The notes beneath the pieces were generated by a model. The model made no database searches. It was not told the DNA's origin and saw only the letters and a list, made by a program, of their open reading frames with translations. Both the position numbers and the translations under genes were made by a program. Positions 52,282 to 61,348 of a DNA stretch of 64,000 bases are shown in pieces. The DNA is taken from positions 4,032,001-4,096,000 of the forward strand of contig OY820905.2 in assembly GCA_963555755.3 (NCBI GenBank), in the 5' to 3' direction. Position 1 is the stretch's first letter; each line of letters opens with the position of its first letter. This DNA is from Nitrospirales bacterium (GTDB taxonomy: Bacteria; Nitrospirota; Nitrospiria; Nitrospirales; UBA8639).

Positions 52282-55200
52282 ATGAAGCGGCTGAGCTGGC
52301 ATCCGATTATTGCGCTGCTCGTCTCTGTGGTAATAGGCCTTGCCGTCAGCAATCATAGCATCGCCAAGGAAGGAAAGCTGAATGTCGAGACCCCTCGGGA
52401 TACAGTCGATCAGGAATTCAATCGCCGGCAGGAAATGCTTAATGGCCAGATTGAATCGTTTGGCAACTTAGCCGAGCTTTTGCGCGGGAAGTTGTCCGGG
52501 CGGAGCAAAAATGACGGGGATGGTAACAATACCGGCGGTGGCGATAACACCTTTATAATCCTCATCAAAAAAGAGGAAAAGGAAGATGAATCGTCTAAGC
52601 CCGAGAGGTCGACGACAGAGTCAAAGCCCGCCCAGGAAACGCCGCCGTCCATTAGTCTGACTCCCACCCAGGCGACTGCAATCGAGAAAGTATTGGCGGA
52701 GAACAAGTTTAAGATCGAGGCCTATGCCATGGCCAGCCGACAAGCTGGCCAGTCCATGATCGAAGCCAGGCAGGTCGAAGCCACAAACCCCGCCTATGCC
52801 CGCCGGCTCCGGCAAATCGCCCGGCGTAAGCTTGATGATGCCCTGGGATTCGTTGAGGATCTGTCCAACACAATCGCCTCCGCCGTCGATCCAAGTGGCG
52901 CACCGCCCCCGTCGCCACGCCTCATTGGCGATCAGGTCAATCCGGACAAGTTCTGCGGTATAGCATGTGAACAGCTCAAGCGGATTGCGGCCCCCGCAGG
53001 GGGAGCCGGTCTGCCGCGGTTTGACACGACCGCGCCGCGCTCGTCCGAGGACAAAAAGCTCCAACCGATCGATCAAAGGCTGTTCAAAGGAATGGGACCA
53101 CGCTCGCCACCACCCCTGTCGGGGCGGGGTCCAAGCGCCGCCCCCGTCTTAAATGATAGCCCAGTGCCCCTCGACGGGCTCCGAGACGCAGTCGCCAATA
53201 CCGCCCCGCAACTGGCGGACATGGCTCTTTTTGTGCCATGTACCGACAATCGTCAAGCCTGCACGTCGCCGCAACTCCTGGAGTTGCTTGGCTCACCGGA
53301 AAAGCGACAGGCCTTGCGTGACGTTGGCGGTGTTGCGCTTGACGTCACGTTCGACCTGCTCGCCATGGCCGGTCTGGGTGAATTTGAGGGCGGTGGTGAC
53401 CTGTCCTTTGTCGGTCAACCGGTATTGGTTTCACTCAACCGCCTGCACGACCACGTGGCATCTTATGCCTCTCAACACCGGTGGTCCGAATTACCCGCTT
53501 CGTTGCGCTTCCCGGGCGGAATAGAGCGTTTGATCGGGTTTGTTCTGGACCCGGTCGGCAAGGACGTGGTCCTGGTTGGCCGCAAAGCCCAACGCCCGAG
53601 TCATGCCCTCGACATCGATATGATCGTCCTCGCAATCCGCCAAGCGTGGAAAAAGGGGTGGCTCATGGGGGTTTCTCTTGATCCGCTTCCGGATGATATC
53701 GCCGGACCGCAATATCCGAGGGTGATTAATGTACCGGCCGACTCGATCGCCGCCCGGGTGATGCTCGACGCCGATTACGCGATGAAGCTCATTATGTTTA
53801 ATGCCGGTTTTGCGCGTGGGGAAAATCTGATCGACCTTGAGGCCGCTTACGGCCGTTCCGTGGAAGGCGGCCTTGCCCGGTTTTGGCTTGCCCCCCGGCC
53901 GTTGGGCCCCGGCTCAACCCGGCTTTCCGCATCGCGCCGGACCATGCTGCTCGTTACGGGTGTTGAGGTCCGAACCGAAGAGCAATTGGTTGCAAACGGA
54001 ACCAAGCTGGGAACAGGGCACCGGTCTCAGTGGGCCTTGCACGTCGCCGATGCATTCAACGACGCCTATCCGGCAATCGAACTGGCGAGACACGTCGAAC
54101 CGAAAGGCGTTTTTGTTCGCCTGCACGGCTTGATTGATCTTGTCACCTTCGCAAAGATCTGGCGTATCAATGGGCTTGATTATCCCGTCTTGAACAAGAT
54201 CGCCGTCCTGCCCTATCGCCGTCTTACCGGCAAAGACGCGATCCCATCCTTTTATCCGGGCGTCCACTCCGTCATACCGGTCAGCGGCGTGGAGGGCGTC
54301 CTTATCGGCGGTGTGGATCTCAGTCTCCGATGGCGCGGTGGCATGGGATCGCGCCATGCCGATCACGTCATGGCGATGCTGGAACGCGCCGTCGACGAAT
54401 ACCGGACCCAGATGGACATATTCCATCAAGTCGCCATTCCCGTCGCGGTCCCTCGTATCTTTGACGATCATGAAACAGAGGTCGACAGGAAGTTATTGAC
54501 GGCGGGACGATTGTTGGCCCAAAACAAATTCGATCGGGCGACGAAAGGGTTGATCGATCTCGTACAACAGGAACCGCTGGTGGCCGAGGCCTGGTCCATG
54601 CTGGCGACAGCCTATCTCCACAATAAAAAGTTCGAACGGGCGGCAAGTGCCGTGTTGCATGCCATCGAGCTTAATCCAGGTGATGAGCACTTGCGCCTCT
54701 TGGCCAAAGACATCTTGTGGTCGACCAACGCGCGAACCGCTTATGCCACATTCAGCCCTGACGAGCGGAGGCAAATGAGTGCCCATTATGCCGCCTTGGC
54801 ACGCTCCGAACTCCTCCGTAAGCGGAATGTCAGGGGGAAACAATTTGCCGAATGGGCGGTTCAGCTGTCAGGCGAGAACGGTGATGCCCACCTGCTGCTG
54901 GCCTTTGCGCGGGCTTCTACGGATCAGAAAACCGGTCGCCGGGATATGGTTCGCGCTATCCGTGCCTACCGTCGGCAGCATGCCGCCGGTATTCCCAATG
55001 CCGGCAGAAAATTGTCCATTGCCCTTTCGATCAGTGCTGCACAGCGCGTGGAAAGGGCGTTTGAGAAGCTTTTTGATCGCTTAGGTGGTTGGCGGGGGGA
55101 AGCAGAGGTCGATGTCGGTCCGATAGTTTACGACCTCGATGCCGCTCACAAGGAAGCGCGTGAGGCCGGCGAGCTCGATCCGGATCAACCTCTCGCCATG

Positions 55201-55581
55201 TCCATTGAACCCCTTGCCATGGCGCTTTCGGCCACAGTGGCCCCGGACAAGCCGTCCGCCGTCAAGCACGCTATTCAGCAAATAAAAAAAGTGAGGGCAA
55301 GGTTCCCGGACAATCCGATCCCGTTCGAAATCAGTGGGCGAATTTACATGATTGCCGAAAACTGGCCAAGTGCCCTCGCCGATCTTGAGCGATCGATTGA
55401 ACTCGCCCCAAGCCGGGGCCAGCCCTATGCCATCCGCGCAATCGCTTTTGCCCAAACGGGACGCTGCACTGATGCGAGAGGAGATATACAGAGAGCCCGC
55501 AATTTGGCAGGCGGACAGTTCACAATCCCTGCCGCCGTTGAACAATTCATCGCCGATTGCCGGCAACGTCCACTGGGATGA
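52282..55581 (+). CDS. Large exported DUF1598-like plus TPR protein
   Basis: GVSLDP, MLDADYAMK, RFWL and GGVDL motifs; C-terminal TPRs. Confidence 0.65.
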   Translation: MKRLSWHPIIALLVSVVIGLAVSNHSIAKEGKLNVETPRDTVDQEFNRRQEMLNGQIESFGNLAELLRGKLSGRSKNDGDGNNTGGGDNTFIILIKKEEKEDESSKPERSTTESKPAQETPPSISLTPTQATAIEKVLAENKFKIEAYAMASRQAGQSMIEARQVEATNPAYARRLRQIARRKLDDALGFVEDLSNTIASAVDPSGAPPPSPRLIGDQVNPDKFCGIACEQLKRIAAPAGGAGLPRFDTTAPRSSEDKKLQPIDQRLFKGMGPRSPPPLSGRGPSAAPVLNDSPVPLDGLRDAVANTAPQLADMALFVPCTDNRQACTSPQLLELLGSPEKRQALRDVGGVALDVTFDLLAMAGLGEFEGGGDLSFVGQPVLVSLNRLHDHVASYASQHRWSELPASLRFPGGIERLIGFVLDPVGKDVVLVGRKAQRPSHALDIDMIVLAIRQAWKKGWLMGVSLDPLPDDIAGPQYPRVINVPADSIAARVMLDADYAMKLIMFNAGFARGENLIDLEAAYGRSVEGGLARFWLAPRPLGPGSTRLSASRRTMLLVTGVEVRTEEQLVANGTKLGTGHRSQWALHVADAFNDAYPAIELARHVEPKGVFVRLHGLIDLVTFAKIWRINGLDYPVLNKIAVLPYRRLTGKDAIPSFYPGVHSVIPVSGVEGVLIGGVDLSLRWRGGMGSRHADHVMAMLERAVDEYRTQMDIFHQVAIPVAVPRIFDDHETEVDRKLLTAGRLLAQNKFDRATKGLIDLVQQEPLVAEAWSMLATAYLHNKKFERAASAVLHAIELNPGDEHLRLLAKDILWSTNARTAYATFSPDERRQMSAHYAALARSELLRKRNVRGKQFAEWAVQLSGENGDAHLLLAFARASTDQKTGRRDMVRAIRAYRRQHAAGIPNAGRKLSIALSISAAQRVERAFEKLFDRLGGWRGEAEVDVGPIVYDLDAAHKEAREAGELDPDQPLAMSIEPLAMALSATVAPDKPSAVKHAIQQIKKVRARFPDNPIPFEISGRIYMIAENWPSALADLERSIELAPSRGQPYAIRAIAFAQTGRCTDARGDIQRARNLAGGQFTIPAAVEQFIADCRQRPLG

Positions 55582-55638
55582 TAATGTGGTGGTGGAACAG
55601 TTGTGGCGTAATGTTAAGAACTTAGTCAGCTCACACAA

Positions 55639-55779
55639 GGGCACCTCTAAACACCGTCCTTTTCCGTGATGGCGGCGTCAGCCGCGTGCTCACATCCTCA
55701 TGTATTCGCCCATACACTCCGGTTTTCCGCGCGCGGCTTCCTTGCCCTCACAAAAAATGCCTGGTTTTTAGAGGTGCCC
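55639..55779 (+). mobile_element. MITE family E, copy 2
   Basis: Near-identical to 48241-48381. Confidence 0.9.
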
Positions 55780-55785
55780 ACAATA

Positions 55786-57069
55786 TTATTGATTCAATTG
55801 AATACTCTGAAATATCGTTTGAAGGTCGGCATTATCTTGTTGTGGATAGTACGTATCTAAATCATAGATGATTGTAATATCAATCGTATGATTATTTTTC
55901 ATGAAAGAAAAAATATCTGAGCGGGTTCGATACGTATCTCCCTCAAGAACCAATTGCGTATCGTACGTAACATGCGCGCCAGAGGTTCCGTTCACGTTAG
56001 TTGCTTCAACAGCCTCCACAATGTCCACGTAGGTCATTTGTGACACAAAGTACATATAGGCTCTGAGATGATGAAGCACGGATTCAGGAGGACTTTTTAC
56101 TTTTGCTAAATTTCTCGTCGTGATTTGAACGGCTGGTAAGGGGGTGCCTGGGGAATGCATTCTGATCAAGATAGATTTTTCACTGCCAGCCTTAGCTATT
56201 TCCGTCACCACGTCTTTGGGAACCCCCAGCGCTTTACTGGTAATATCTCGAGCCGTATCGTAGGCCTTTTCAATAACTGTTCCTGACGTTTCATATTCCC
56301 ATCCATCAGGAATCTCAATTTGAATACCCAATTCTTCGTGGACATAAATTTTGGTGTGAACGTTAGAGGAGAGGACAGCAGAATCTTCGCTCTGGGCTAA
56401 CGATAACTCTGCAGGTGTTAAGATCATGCCCAGATCTGTTCTGGCGGCCATGGCGATTGGCAGTCCCTGATCAGCTGCCTTGCTGATCCACCTGTACGCT
56501 TCGACGGTGCTTTGCCCGGTGCCTTCACCTTTGACGTACATCATACCAACATTGAATTGGGCCTGACTGATACCCTGTTCCGCTGCCTGTTTAAACCATG
56601 AAAATGCTTGGCCATGGTCAACGGCAACGCCCTGACCCTTATCAAAAACAAGACCCATATTGAATTGTGCATGAGCATTGCCCTGGTTGGCCGCACGTGT
56701 GAACCACTGAATGGCTTGAGCATCATCTTGCTCTACGCCAAGCCCTTGAGCATAGAGGATGCCGGCTCCCTGTTGGGCGCTGCTGTGTCCCTGCTCAGCT
56801 GCCTGTACATACCGTTTTAAGGCTTCAGCATAATCCTGTTGTACGTCTTCTCCACGGAAATATAAATCGGCAAGACTGTATTGGGCCTCCACGTGCCCCT
56901 GATCTGCGGCTATGGTCAACCAGTGGATGGCATCAGCCATGTTGTTACTCAACTGATAACCAACACCAGCTGAATAAGCCTCCTCAGGCGTGAGTTGTTC
57001 AGCATAAATGGGGCTAAAGGAAAATAGGGTGATGGCTATTGAAATGAATCCAAGAAATTTCTTAAACAT
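55786..57069 (-). CDS. Exported SEL1-repeat protein with a PsbP-like C-terminal region
   Basis: Signal peptide, about 5 SEL1 repeats, GIQIEIPDGW. Confidence 0.85.
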   Translation of the reverse strand: MFKKFLGFISIAITLFSFSPIYAEQLTPEEAYSAGVGYQLSNNMADAIHWLTIAADQGHVEAQYSLADLYFRGEDVQQDYAEALKRYVQAAEQGHSSAQQGAGILYAQGLGVEQDDAQAIQWFTRAANQGNAHAQFNMGLVFDKGQGVAVDHGQAFSWFKQAAEQGISQAQFNVGMMYVKGEGTGQSTVEAYRWISKAADQGLPIAMAARTDLGMILTPAELSLAQSEDSAVLSSNVHTKIYVHEELGIQIEIPDGWEYETSGTVIEKAYDTARDITSKALGVPKDVVTEIAKAGSEKSILIRMHSPGTPLPAVQITTRNLAKVKSPPESVLHHLRAYMYFVSQMTYVDIVEAVEATNVNGTSGAHVTYDTQLVLEGDTYRTRSDIFSFMKNNHTIDITIIYDLDTYYPQQDNADLQTIFQSIQLNQ

Positions 57070-57241
57070 TGGTTGGCTCCTCTTTATCATTTTCAATGAT
57101 TCGATGGAGTGTCCAGCATGCACCCGGCTTGGGTCAAAACCTGTTGTGGGGCCTGTTTCAGGCTCCTAGACAACGACGTGCTTGCCATCGGCAATCAATT
57201 GCTCGGCGACGGGGAGCCCATGAAGCCGGCACCTCCATTAT

Positions 57242-58522
57242 TCAGGACTTGCACGCGGTGGCCTCGTGTAGCGCAGCTTCCGCGACCGCCGTACGCCCCT
57301 TCCCTCGTGCCGCTTGTGCAACGATTTGCAGGTAGCGCGGTACAACGACGCTCTCGGTCCAATGACGCTCAAACCCCGCTCGGGCACGAGCCGATGCCTG
57401 CTGTCGCCAATCGGAATCGTTCGTAATCATACGGAGCATCGCCATGAGTTCGTCGGTAGTCTCGAACAGCACACCGCCACCGTAGGCGTCGACAACCTCC
57501 GGGAACGGCCCTAGTCGCCGAGCGACTACCGGCGTGCCCATCCGGAATGCCTCGATCAAGGTGATACCGAACGTTTCGAAACCTACCGACGGCGCTATCA
57601 GCGCGAGTGCGTGGCGGTAGTAGCGCGACAACTGATCCGGAGGCATATGTCCCAGGAAGTGCACAGCATTAATTCCACTAGATAGTTTGCGCAGCTGGCT
57701 TTCGTAGTCACCGTCGCCAGCGATCAGCAGGTCGGCGTCATGAAAACGAGCGAAGACCGGAATGACGTCATCAAGGCCCTTGATGACCTCGAGTCTGCCT
57801 GCGAACAGGAAGTACGGACGATCATGTGGCGACCGCTCCGCTTGCGTCACCACGCTTGAGGACGGTTCATCGTCTGGCAGAAAGTACGGCACCACCTCCA
57901 TCTCTCTTTGAAAGCCGAACTCACGGTGTTTGGCACGGCTGAACTCACTCTTGGCGATGAACACATCGATATGTCGAAGCTGCCTCTCGAGGTAACCGAA
58001 GTAGCGCCAGAGTTGAGGTGGTCGCTGGTGGTGCAAGACGCATCGCAGACATTGCCGTTGCGAGCACGGTTCGCGATTGTGGCGCCACAACACATGAGAT
58101 GGACACACCAGCCAATGCTCGTGGGCCTCGAAGATATTGATGGCGTCGCTGAGGCCTAGCAGGCCAGGACCGCCGATCAAGGACACATTGTGAAAATTTA
58201 CGACGTCGAAGCGTCGATTCCCAATCAGCTCGCGCAGACGGCGGCCTTGAAAAATCGGTCTTCCGGTTTGTTGCGTGAGCAGAACCGAAAGCCGCTTCAT
58301 GCAGCTGCTCAGGTGAACAACATTGACACCGTCGTTCTCGCACACAACCGTCTCCGGTGCATTTCCATTTAAGACCGTGTAGGCATCGGTGTCCTGAACG
58401 ACCGTCACCTCATGGCCGCGACCAACCAGCGCACGCGCGAGTGTCTGCACACCAATGCCGTCGCCACCGAAGTTGTACGGCGGGTAAAAGGTGGTCAGCA
58501 TGCAAAAGCGTAAGCCAGTCAT
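57242..58522 (-). CDS. Glycosyltransferase family 4
   Basis: FYPPYNFGG, FAGRLEVIKG, ETFGITLIEA. Confidence 0.92.
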   Translation of the reverse strand: MTGLRFCMLTTFYPPYNFGGDGIGVQTLARALVGRGHEVTVVQDTDAYTVLNGNAPETVVCENDGVNVVHLSSCMKRLSVLLTQQTGRPIFQGRRLRELIGNRRFDVVNFHNVSLIGGPGLLGLSDAINIFEAHEHWLVCPSHVLWRHNREPCSQRQCLRCVLHHQRPPQLWRYFGYLERQLRHIDVFIAKSEFSRAKHREFGFQREMEVVPYFLPDDEPSSSVVTQAERSPHDRPYFLFAGRLEVIKGLDDVIPVFARFHDADLLIAGDGDYESQLRKLSSGINAVHFLGHMPPDQLSRYYRHALALIAPSVGFETFGITLIEAFRMGTPVVARRLGPFPEVVDAYGGGVLFETTDELMAMLRMITNDSDWRQQASARARAGFERHWTESVVVPRYLQIVAQAARGKGRTAVAEAALHEATACKS

Positions 58523-58540
58523 TGGTTTATGTACCGGGGA

Positions 58541-59902
58541 TTACGTCCTAGCGAGGACTCCCATCCGCAGGCCGTGCCGTGGGCGCAAAATGACTTCGGG
58601 CTGCGGCCGTACGTCTTGGTCTGGAACCAGCTCTAGTCTGAATTTCTGAGTAACGAGAGCCAGGATTACTGCGGTTTCCCACTTGGCCATGTACTGGCCG
58701 ATGCAGGCATGGCTACCAACCCCGAACGGCAGATAGGCCATCCGTGGTCGTCCGGCCGCTTGATCCTGGGCGAAGCGCAGGGGATTGAAACGTTGAGGGT
58801 CGGGATGAAACCGCGGATCGCGATGGAGGATATACGGGCACACATACAGCTTTGCGCCAGCACTTATACGCGTACCCGATGGTAGGAGGTCGGCGGCGCG
58901 CGCCATGCGAACGAACAACCAGGTTGGCGGATACAGTCGCATCGATTCAGCTACGACCATCGAGGTGAACTCCAAACCTTCTACCACGCCTGTGGCCGCC
59001 GGGGTTCTGCATACTGTTTCGCGTTGCCAGCGGTCTACCTCCGAATAGAGACGTTGCGCTACTTGCTCGTGGCACGACAGCAAGAAAAAACTCCACGCCA
59101 ACGCCACCCCGACCGTCTCGTAACCGGCGGAGAATAATGTGATCACTTCGTCGATGATCTCTCGGTCGGTGAGCCCCGTACCATTGTCGTCAAAACGCGC
59201 AGCAGCCAGCATCACTAGCATATCGTCCTGCGATGCGCCGGCATTGCGGCGCGAGGCGAGTGCGTGCGAGACCGCTTCATCGATGGTGCGTGCGGCCTCT
59301 CTATAGTGGCGCGTTGCCGCAGTTGGTAAGTGCTCAGGCCACGGAAGGAGCGAACCATAAACGTACTCCGTATAGGTTCTGAGGTCGGCGATTGCACGAT
59401 CAATCCGGTCGTCCTCATCGCAAAAATCTCGTCCGAAGACCGTCGATGCGATCGCACGACGCGTCAGCGTCATCATCTCCCCGTACACGTCAACTTCTCC
59501 TCCGTCGTGCCAGGTCCCGAGCATCCGTCGTGTTTGCCTCGTGACGACGTCAGGAAACATCTCGCTGAGCGCGCGTCGGTAGATAGGCTGAAGCAAGCGC
59601 CTAAGGCGGGCATGACGTTCGCCAGTACTGGTGAGGAGGCCATTACCATGCAGTCGCCGTCCTCGCTCACTTGTTAGTCTGCGAGTCTTCTCGTAGTTGG
59701 AATCGTTGCGGACCAAGACGTGATAGAGGTCATCGGGGTGACGAAGAAGCCACACTGGACCGCCGATGTTTAGTTCGACCACATCGCGATCGAGCTGTGC
59801 ACATCGCTCGAGGAACCCCAGCTTGTCGCGTAGAAACCAGACCGCATGACCAAGCAGCGGAAGAGGGCGTGGTGGGGAGTCTAGTATGCGCTCCAAGTTC
59901 AT
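58541..59902 (-). CDS. Cytochrome P450
   Basis: AGYETV I-helix, ESMRLYPP, FGVGSHACIG heme-Cys. Confidence 0.95.
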   Translation of the reverse strand: MNLERILDSPPRPLPLLGHAVWFLRDKLGFLERCAQLDRDVVELNIGGPVWLLRHPDDLYHVLVRNDSNYEKTRRLTSERGRRLHGNGLLTSTGERHARLRRLLQPIYRRALSEMFPDVVTRQTRRMLGTWHDGGEVDVYGEMMTLTRRAIASTVFGRDFCDEDDRIDRAIADLRTYTEYVYGSLLPWPEHLPTAATRHYREAARTIDEAVSHALASRRNAGASQDDMLVMLAAARFDDNGTGLTDREIIDEVITLFSAGYETVGVALAWSFFLLSCHEQVAQRLYSEVDRWQRETVCRTPAATGVVEGLEFTSMVVAESMRLYPPTWLFVRMARAADLLPSGTRISAGAKLYVCPYILHRDPRFHPDPQRFNPLRFAQDQAAGRPRMAYLPFGVGSHACIGQYMAKWETAVILALVTQKFRLELVPDQDVRPQPEVILRPRHGLRMGVLART

Positions 59903-60247
59903 TTCATTGAGCAGACGCGCAGCGGAAGCCTCGACGTGGAGGGAAAGGAGAAGCACATGCCCTTCTTGGGCCAACCGAAAAGTACTGAAGAGGCAACACG
60001 TTGTCAATTACAAATTGGGGAGGTTTCGGCGGCAGGGCTTTTGTGGTGTGAGCACTTCTCAATATTTAGGGTATAGGTGCAGACAAACGAAAGGCCCACG
60101 CGGTTACCAGCCGTTGAGCCTTCCCAAAAAGGGGAGCTGACACAATCTTTCACTAGGTTTAGTGTCTCACGAATCAGGCGGTTCGTCTATTCCTTAAACG
60201 AGGGGTCAACGTGTGATCTACACACACTTCATCATCTGAGTAATGTA

Positions 60248-60388
60248 GGGCACCTCTAAAAACCGTCCTTTTCCGTGATGGCGGCGTCAGCCGCGTGCTC
60301 ACATCCTCATGTATTCGCCCATACACTCCGGTTTTCCGCGCGCGGCTTCCTTGCCCTCACAAAAAATGCCTGGTTTTTAGAGGTGCCC
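60248..60388 (+). mobile_element. MITE family E, copy 3
   Basis: Near-identical to the other two copies. Confidence 0.9.
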
Positions 60389-60528
60389 TGTAGTCTACCC
60401 GCTTTCAATAACTCACCTGTCACCCCACCTGAATCACCGTCAGTCAATTTAACAGTATGGAGAAGTGGCTCGAGCCACCATGGATAAGCGCGATATTAAA
60501 TAATCGATACACGCGTCACACAAACAGC

Positions 60529-60558
60529 AAGCCTCACCGTTTCGGCGGTGGGGCTTTT
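60529..60558 (+). terminator. Orphan terminator, same family as 2222-2255
   Basis: AAGCCTCACCG-TTTCGG-CGGTGGGGCTTTT. Confidence 0.65.
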
Positions 60559-60740
60559 GGTTGTTTCTTAAGACCACCAAGGGTGAGTTTGGGGAATCAA
60601 GGCGGGTGTCCCCTAACGGGACTATTTAAAACGACAGCCCCCCCAGATGAGGTGATGAGGCGTGAACCCTGCATGAATGAGGGGTGGGAGAGGAAATCGT
60701 CAAGCCTGATAAGCACTTGAACGATTCCCTCATAAAGAGC

Positions 60741-60759
60741 TGGTGCCGAAGGCGGGATT
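60741..60759 (-). tRNA. tRNA-Leu-like 3'-terminal fragment (att site)
   Basis: AATCCCGCCTTCGGCACCA on the minus strand; rest of the tRNA absent; abuts the arm region. Confidence 0.7.
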
Positions 60760-60765
60760 GTCCTA

Positions 60766-61060
60766 GAGGGGGTTGCTCAAGTCGTTGATAACTTGGGCAA
60801 TCCTCCCTCCTAGCGGGCCTTTACGCAGTTTGCCTCTTTGCCTGACTTTGCCTCTCTCTGCCTCAATTCCCACCCGTTTGTCTGTATTTTTAACACCTAT
60901 GTAACACCTGGCCGCACACCCGTTTTTCGATCACATAACCCACGAAATTCGCGCCCCACAAAAGTCGATCCCCACAATTGTTCCGTTGGAGTGCCAATCG
61001 CCGGAACCCTCGTAGCACACTTGCTATTTTTTCAAAAACAAGTATAGGTAAATATACGTA
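60766..61060 (-). repeat. att-adjacent arm region (inverted homologue of 6244-6540)
   Basis: Same AGGTGTTA x2 and (G/C)AGGCA repeats. Confidence 0.8.
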
Positions 61061-61348
61061 ATTTTGTTTTGTGTGGTAAAGCACAGACAAATTAACGCTG
61101 CCAGAATTATTCCAGGAAGTGAGTTCGTACGATGGCGTCTTATTTCACAACGGGCGGCTGGGGCTATACGTTGCTTGGCGTATGGTGCGGAAAGCGTTTC
61201 CTAGTCATAATATCTACCAACTAATTGCAATCTCTAACAACGGCACTCCACGTCCATAAGATTGATGATAAAAAGCGGACCAGATCACCGAAGATTTTGA
61301 CCCATATTGGAGCCTAGCGCCTAACTACGGTTGGAGGAGGAAGGAAAG

